Part shown: positions 58,346 to 64,000 of the stretch, piece after piece | How the letters are laid out: each line of letters begins with the position of its first letter | Position numbering within the stretch: the first letter of the stretch is position 1 | From: Candidatus Latescibacterota bacterium | Lineage (GTDB): Bacteria > Latescibacterota > UBA2968 > UBA8231 | Direction of reading: 5' to 3' | Assembly: GCA_965200315.1 (NCBI GenBank) | Contig: OZ241362.1 | Location: forward strand, 3,584,001 to 3,648,000 | DNA length: 64,000 bases | The notes under the pieces: generated by a model | The model's input: the letters and a program-made list of their open reading frames with translations, nothing else | What the model was told of the DNA's origin: nothing | Database searches by the model: none | Program-made: the position numbers and the translations under genes

Positions 58346-59398
58346 ATGAACGTCGCCGTCCTGCTATCCGGCGGGGTCGATAGCTCGTTGGGCCTCGCGC
58401 TACTCCAGCGCGAAAAGCGGTTCACCCTCAAAGCCTACTACCTCAAAATCTGGCTAGAGGACGAGCTGTTCTCGCTCGGCGACTGCCCGTGGGAAACGGA
58501 TTTGACCTACGCCAGCGCCACCTGCGAACAGCTCGGGGTGCCGCTCGAAGTCGTGCCGCTGCAAAGCGAGTATCGGCAGCGGATCGTCGAGTACGCGTTG
58601 GCCGAGCTGCGCTTGGGGCGCACGCCCAGCCCGGACATCTGGTGCAACCAGCGCGTCAAATTCGGAGCCTTTTATCAGCGGGTGGCTGGCGAGTGCGAGC
58701 AAATTGCCTCCGGGCACTACGCCCGCGTCGAGCAGGTCGCGGGCAGCTATCGGCTCCGGCGCGCGGCCGATCCGGTCAAAGACCAGACCTATTTCCTCTC
58801 CAGCCTGAGTCAAGCGCAACTCGCTCGGCTCTGCTTGCCCATCGGCCACCTGCACAAGCACCAAGTGCGCGCACTCGCCGCAGAATTCGACCTGCCAGCC
58901 AAGGATCGCCCCGACAGCCAGGGTATATGCTTCTTGGGCAAGATCAACTACCGGGATTTCGTCCGCTTTCACTTGGGAGAGGTCCAAGGCGACATCGTCG
59001 AGCAAGCGAGCGGAAAAAAGAAGGGCCAGCACCCCGGCTATTGGTTCTATACCATTGGCCAGCGGCACGGCCTGCAACTCGGCGGCGGTCCCTGGTATGT
59101 GGTTGACAAAGACATCGCCAACAACATCGTGTACATCGCCCACGGCAGCGCGCCGACGCGAGCCGGACGTCGCGAGCTGATCGCCGAACAAATCCATTGG
59201 ATCGCCGGCGCACCGGAGCACGGTGCGCTCCACGTCAAGCTCCGGCACGGGCCAGCCCTAGTGCCCTGTCAGGTGCAAATGCTCGCGCCGGATCGCGCCC
59301 ACGTCGCTTTGGCCACGCCCGACCCCGGCATTGCTCCGGGCCAGCACGCCGTGTTCTACGACGGTGAAGTTTGCCTTGGCGGCGGCGTCATCGCCTAG
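58346..59398 (+). CDS. mnmA: tRNA 2-thiouridylase
   Basis: SGGVDS, PSPD..CN, SGHYAR, KDQTYFL, DSQGICF, PGQ. Confidence 0.95.
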   Translation: MNVAVLLSGGVDSSLGLALLQREKRFTLKAYYLKIWLEDELFSLGDCPWETDLTYASATCEQLGVPLEVVPLQSEYRQRIVEYALAELRLGRTPSPDIWCNQRVKFGAFYQRVAGECEQIASGHYARVEQVAGSYRLRRAADPVKDQTYFLSSLSQAQLARLCLPIGHLHKHQVRALAAEFDLPAKDRPDSQGICFLGKINYRDFVRFHLGEVQGDIVEQASGKKKGQHPGYWFYTIGQRHGLQLGGGPWYVVDKDIANNIVYIAHGSAPTRAGRRELIAEQIHWIAGAPEHGALHVKLRHGPALVPCQVQMLAPDRAHVALATPDPGIAPGQHAVFYDGEVCLGGGVIA

Positions 59399-60359
59399 GG
59401 CTAGCTCTAGCTCGACATCGCAGCCGACGATCATCCACATCCCTCGCCACCTCAACCATCACCTTAAGCGCCTCGTGCTCATCGGGCTTCTGTTTCAATC
59501 CCCACGATGAACCCATGATCTTGTCGCAAAAGGCACCCGCAAACATCCGCTCCTCGTTTTCCCCCAGCACATCGCTAAAAATCGCTACCGCCTCAAGCAG
59601 GAGCTCCCGCTTCTCCGCCGCGGTCTCGCCAAATCCCATCGCGTTGTTGATAAACCGGCCAACGTCCAGACACGAGGCCCCGATAACGCCCTTCGGATCA
59701 ATCGCCATCCAGCCGCGGTCTGCGTCGGACAGAATGTTCCAGTGATGAAGGTCGCCGTGCAGCAGTATCTGGGGTTCATCCGGTTCCATCAGGATTCCCA
59801 TCATGGACTCCACGCGCGGAATCTGCTCGATATAGCCCTGCGCTCGCGCGAAATTTTTGCAGCTTCTAGCGTCCGCAAATGCACTGTGCATCCAATCCAT
59901 AAAGTGCGGCAGTGCGTGATTCGACGGCGGCGGGGTCGCGTGTAAATCCCGAAGGATACGCGCCGCAATCTCGCTTTGCTCGTGCGCGTCCTCAACAGAA
60001 TCTAGCATCCTGCCCGGACGCAGTCGTTCGAGCAGCACGGCGTTGAGCACTTTGTCGCAGTCGATGAGCCGATTGATCCCACGGCCCTCGTAGATTGCCA
60101 ACGCTTCCATCTCCGCGCTGAAATCGCCGTGTGGGACGCCCACCTTGAGCACGGCCTCTGCTCCATTTTCCATCTCGACGTAGGCGATATAGTTGACCTT
60201 AATCTCCTCAGTCGGTCGGCCGAGTGTCAGGCCCCACTTGTCGCAGCACCGCACGAGAATGGACGGCAATTCCCCAAGCCATGCTTCGCCTTCTCTGCCA
60301 AATTCTCGGGTCGCGTATCGCAGGAATCGCTCGGGAAACTGCGGAGCATCGATCGGCAT
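59388..60359 (-). CDS. Aminoglycoside/hydroxyurea phosphotransferase (APH(6)-like) family
   Basis: VLKVG, LLERL.PG, LLHGDLHHWNIL, IDPKG. Confidence 0.85.
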   Translation of the reverse strand: MPIDAPQFPERFLRYATREFGREGEAWLGELPSILVRCCDKWGLTLGRPTEEIKVNYIAYVEMENGAEAVLKVGVPHGDFSAEMEALAIYEGRGINRLIDCDKVLNAVLLERLRPGRMLDSVEDAHEQSEIAARILRDLHATPPPSNHALPHFMDWMHSAFADARSCKNFARAQGYIEQIPRVESMMGILMEPDEPQILLHGDLHHWNILSDADRGWMAIDPKGVIGASCLDVGRFINNAMGFGETAAEKRELLLEAVAIFSDVLGENEERMFAGAFCDKIMGSSWGLKQKPDEHEALKVMVEVARDVDDRRLRCRARASPRR

Positions 60360-60391
60360 CTATCGCGTTTCTTTACAAAGCAATCAACGCG

Positions 60392-61249
60392 CTACCTGAG
60401 AAACATCTCGCCGGTGAAGGGCAAAGGCTTGTTTGGACGCTCGTAGTGAATCTGTTTAGGCGTCTTTTCGAGCGCGGCGGCCCATTGGTCGCGCCAGTCT
60501 TCATAGACGGTCTCCGAGGCGGGCTCGCGCCGGCTGCGGGCGATGAGACTAGGCCACTCTGGCCGTGGAGAAGGCTCGCCCGTTTTCTGGTAGCGCAGAT
60601 CCATGCTCCAACGCACGACGTTGGTGTTGTTCGGCCCTGAGCCGTGGGGCGTCAGTTTGTGGACGAACAGAACGTCTCCCTTCTGCATGGGTAGGCTAAC
60701 CCGCTCGGTCTGGGGCAAGTCCTGTCCGTACCTCCAATAGACCATGCGCCGCTGGTGGACCCGAGGCTGGACCTGCAAGCAGCCATTTTCTTCGGTTGAC
60801 TCGACTAGGGGAATCCAAACGGTCACCTGTAGAATACCCTGTGCTTGTTGGGTGGTAAACACGGCATCCTGATGAAAAACTACATCTGTTGACGGCATCT
60901 TGGGCCGGACGTGCGACACAGCATTGCAGGTAATCTCTGGGCCGACAAACGGCTCAATCAGATCGACGAGGTTCTGATTGCGCAAAAACTCAAAGGTGCC
61001 GCGGCGGCGGGTTTCCCCTATATCGGGACAGCCATCAACCTCGTCGCACTCTTCGGCGAGGCAGGCTAAGCGGCGCGCAAAAGGCTCGGCTTCGTAGAGA
61101 TTGGCGACCTTGCCTTGGCCGTGTAGATCGCGGGCGATTTCATCGACGATGATAATGTGATCCTCGATGAGCGGCGCGAGATCGGCGTCGGTAAGCCCTC
61201 CTTTGATAATGACATACCCTTCTTCCTCAAAAAAGTCGAGCTCTTTCAC
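60392..61249 (-). CDS. PhyH-family dioxygenase
   Basis: FHQD, WIPL..ENGCL, PHGSGPN..RWSMDLRY; GTG start with GGAGG RBS. Confidence 0.88.
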   Translation of the reverse strand: MKELDFFEEEGYVIIKGGLTDADLAPLIEDHIIIVDEIARDLHGQGKVANLYEAEPFARRLACLAEECDEVDGCPDIGETRRRGTFEFLRNQNLVDLIEPFVGPEITCNAVSHVRPKMPSTDVVFHQDAVFTTQQAQGILQVTVWIPLVESTEENGCLQVQPRVHQRRMVYWRYGQDLPQTERVSLPMQKGDVLFVHKLTPHGSGPNNTNVVRWSMDLRYQKTGEPSPRPEWPSLIARSRREPASETVYEDWRDQWAAALEKTPKQIHYERPNKPLPFTGEMFLR

Positions 61250-61397
61250 GGTTGACCTCCTGTTGTCCAAATTTCCCTTGTTATAACGACCTGACTGCCG
61301 AGAAACAAGGCCCGGCGGCCGGCGCACCTCGACTTGTAAAGGTCTTGGATTGCCGCTAGAATAAAAGCCACACTTCCTCTCTAACAAAGACCACGGC

Positions 61398-62525
61398 ATG
61401 TTTGCGCTGATTTTTTTATTCCTGCTCGGCTCGGTCTACGGCTATTCGGGCTGGCGGCTCATCCCCCATCTCCCTCCACCCGCACAGGTCGGTGCCTCAC
61501 TGGCGTTGGTGCTCCTACTGTTGACGCCCTTATTGCTCTTTCGCCTGCGCTCCCATCCGCATCTCGCTTGGCTGACGGATCCCCTCGCTTGGGTCGCTTA
61601 TCTCGGCATGGGCTTTTTCACCGTTTGCTCGACGCTGCTGGTCCTGCGCGATATCGGAGGACTGCTCCTGGGCCTAGTCTATCCCATCGGCGCGACGCTC
61701 AACGCCCGCATCGACTTGGCAACCTTCGCCCTCGCCTTGGTCGCGGCGAGCTACGGCTACTACCAAGCACACCGCACGCCAGCGGTCTGCCGAGTCGAGG
61801 TCCCTATTGCGAACCTTCCGCCCTCGCTAGTCGGACTGCGCATCGTCCAGCTCAGCGATCTCCACATCGGCCCGACCATCAAGGCCCCTTTTGTGGAGCG
61901 CGTTGTCGCCCGCGTCAACGAACTGCAACCCGACCTAATCGCCTTCACCGGCGACCTCGCCGACGGGCCGGTTGAACGACTCGCCCCCCATACAGCCGCC
62001 CTAGCCGAACTCACCGCGCCGCTCGGAGTTTATTTTTGCACTGGCAACCACGAATACTATTCGGGCGTGGAAAGCTGGACCGAGCAGGCGCGCCGCCTCG
62101 GCTTCGACGTCTTGCTCAACGAGGTGCGCCAAATCAACCGCGGAGGTGGGCGAATAGCCTTAGCCGGCGCGACCGACTTCAGCGCCGGCGAGCTAGTCCC
62201 CGACCACGCATCGGACCCGGCCAAAGCTCTTGCCGACAGCGACGGAGCCGATGTGCGCATCCTGCTCGCGCACCAGCCGCGCAGCATCGAGGCTGCCAGC
62301 CAAGCCGACTGCCACCTGCAACTGTCGGGCCACACCCACGGCGGCCAGTTCGTGCCGTGGAAGTACGCCATTCCCCTGCAACAGCCCTATGTCGCGGGCC
62401 TACACAAATTTCGCGACACTTGGATCTACGTCCACCGAGGCACCGGCTATTGGGGGCCGCCGCTGCGGCTCGGTGCCCCTTCCGAAATCGCGCTCCTCAC
62501 CCTGAGCCGGGCCGCGTCGGCATGA
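61398..62525 (+). CDS. Membrane-anchored metallophosphoesterase (YkuE-like)
   Basis: SDLH, TGD, GNHE, AHQP, SGHTHGGQ. Confidence 0.92.
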   Translation: MFALIFLFLLGSVYGYSGWRLIPHLPPPAQVGASLALVLLLLTPLLLFRLRSHPHLAWLTDPLAWVAYLGMGFFTVCSTLLVLRDIGGLLLGLVYPIGATLNARIDLATFALALVAASYGYYQAHRTPAVCRVEVPIANLPPSLVGLRIVQLSDLHIGPTIKAPFVERVVARVNELQPDLIAFTGDLADGPVERLAPHTAALAELTAPLGVYFCTGNHEYYSGVESWTEQARRLGFDVLLNEVRQINRGGGRIALAGATDFSAGELVPDHASDPAKALADSDGADVRILLAHQPRSIEAASQADCHLQLSGHTHGGQFVPWKYAIPLQQPYVAGLHKFRDTWIYVHRGTGYWGPPLRLGAPSEIALLTLSRAASA

Positions 62526-62622
62526 AACCGCTAATTTTCTGCCGACAATCATCCCCTTGACACACTACAGATGCCACTTTTTATCCACCCTATCCGTCCG
62601 CGTCCATCCTTGGAGATGATCC

Positions 62623-63293
62623 ATGACTGCCAATGCCCAAGCTGTCTCGGCCGCAAACGGCCGCACGACCACCCCATTGCGCCTCATCGACTGCGACGAC
62701 ATCACACGCTGCCCAACGACAAAGCCCTCTTTCCCTATTTGCCGCGTCACTATGTCGAGCGCATTGAGGACTTCGGCCTGCCATTGAGCATCCACTTTGG
62801 GGGTGAAGGGTCCGGCATTGCCGCGCCGCCCACGGCCGCGGGATACCCCTCGCACTATCTGGAGATGCGCATGGCCCGGCCGCAGATCGCCATGGCGCAT
62901 ACGGTCAGCTTCATCTGCGAGGGCGTCTTTGAAAAATTCCCCGATTTTCGCGTCCTCTTCATCGAGCACGATGTGTTCTGGGTCCCGGGGTTGATGTGGC
63001 ACATGGATTCCGACTGGAAGGGCCTGCGCGATTATACGCCATGGGTCAAGCGCCTGCCCAGCGAGTATTTGCGGCAGCACATCCGCTTTGGCACCCAGCC
63101 CATGATCCAGCCGCCCACGCGCGACGACATGAAGCGCTTTTTGGAGTGGCTGCACGCCGATGAGGTCCTAATTTTCGCCAGCGATTATCCGCACTGGGAC
63201 TGGGACGAGCCAACGGGTTTTCTCGCCGATTTTGACGCGGCCTATCGCCACCGCATCATGGCGCAAAACGCCGCGGAACTCTATGGCTTCTAA
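62623..63293 (+). pseudogene. Amidohydrolase_2 family, frameshifted and internally deleted
   Basis: MTANAQ..LIDCD, frameshift to HHTLP..EDFG joined directly to LPLSIHFGG; C-terminus FASDYPHWD intact. Confidence 0.65.
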
Positions 63294-63642
63294 ACGCTAT
63301 GTGGTCGCCCGGGCCGAGGACCTGCCCGCTGGAGCACGCAAGATCGTCAGCGTAGGCAATAGAGAGATCGGCGTCTTTAATATCGAGGGCCGCTACTACG
63401 CCCTGCGCAACAGCTGTCCGCACAAAAGCGGTCCCTTGTGCCAAGGCCGGTTGCGGCCCTTGGTCGTGTCGCTGGGCGTGTACCAAATCGACTATCAGCA
63501 AGAGAGCCTAGTGCTCAAGTGCCCTTGGCACCAGTGGGAATTCGACTTGGCCACCGGGCAGGCGCTGTACGACGAGACCATGCGGGTGAAGACGTACGAG
63601 GTAGGGCGCGAGGGGGAGGAAGTGGTCGTGTACGTGGGGTAA
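63283..63642 (+). CDS. Rieske [2Fe-2S] ferredoxin
   Basis: CPHKSG and CPWHQWEFD. Confidence 0.92.
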   Translation: MASKRYVVARAEDLPAGARKIVSVGNREIGVFNIEGRYYALRNSCPHKSGPLCQGRLRPLVVSLGVYQIDYQQESLVLKCPWHQWEFDLATGQALYDETMRVKTYEVGREGEEVVVYVG

Positions 63643-63737
63643 CGCCGGGGATTGGGCTCGGATGAGGGCGGCCTATTAGCCGGTTGTGAGCCGTCGCCGC
63701 CCTTGTTAATTTGCACGCCTCAAACAGGAGGACACAG

Positions 63738-64000
63738 ATGACCACAGCCCCACCCGCTACCCAACTCCACAAAGCACTGGACCAAGAACAGATCGACCAA
63801 TTCCGCCGGCGCGGCTTCATCGTCATCGGCAAGCTGCTAGACGACCCTCTCATCGCCTTGCTACGCGATGAATACGACCGCCTCTTTGCCGCGGCGCGCC
63901 AGAACGGGCGCTTCCGCAACCTGTCCATCAGCGACACCGACGACCTCCGCGAAAAGAACAACGCCGACGAGCAGATGTTGCAGATCATGCAGATGTGCGA
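63738..64000 (+). CDS. PhyH-family dioxygenase (runs off window end)
   Basis: AGGAGG RBS; MTT..QIDQFRRRGFIVIGKLL PhyH-type N-terminus. Confidence 0.65.
   Translation, partial: MTTAPPATQLHKALDQEQIDQFRRRGFIVIGKLLDDPLIALLRDEYDRLFAAARQNGRFRNLSISDTDDLREKNNADEQMLQIMQMC

Noticed and set aside
59388-60359. APH(6)-like gene as an acquired resistance determinant
   Set aside because: Family is widespread with unknown substrates; no mobile context

Overview
High-GC bacterial chromosomal window. The gene content (four PhyH dioxygenases, enolase-superfamily enzymes, a large OPT-like membrane protein, class I LysRS, His6-type HisA, BMC locus) suggests a Latescibacterota/Poribacteria-like, possibly sponge-associated organism; this is inference only. 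Housekeeping and metabolic genes include solA, rsmD, hisA, fbp, yciH, a Mn ABC transporter with mntR, infA, lysS, yhbY, comEC, E1/E2 dehydrogenase genes, ahcY and mnmA. These are interspersed with many small decayed toxin-antitoxin remnants. Four features stand out. (1) A bacterial microcompartment operon (27.0-35.7 kb) has aldehyde dehydrogenase and PduL. Its putative signature enzymes are DHDPS-family aldolases and an FAD amino-acid oxidase, and it encodes an unusual four-BMC-domain shell protein coupled to a two-domain one, plus a Cys-rich adaptor-like protein. (2) An intact lower-GC cassette (ThsB-like TIR, small 3-TM protein, two TIR_2 proteins) sits inside a heavily eroded type I RM locus and is a candidate Thoeris-like defence system. 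(3) A family of MITE-like elements has TATAGCAATCCTAC ends and internal REP-like hairpins. (4) A ~450-nt multi-hairpin intergenic region ends in tandem terminators and is a candidate ncRNA. All assignments come from motif recognition; no database searches were run.
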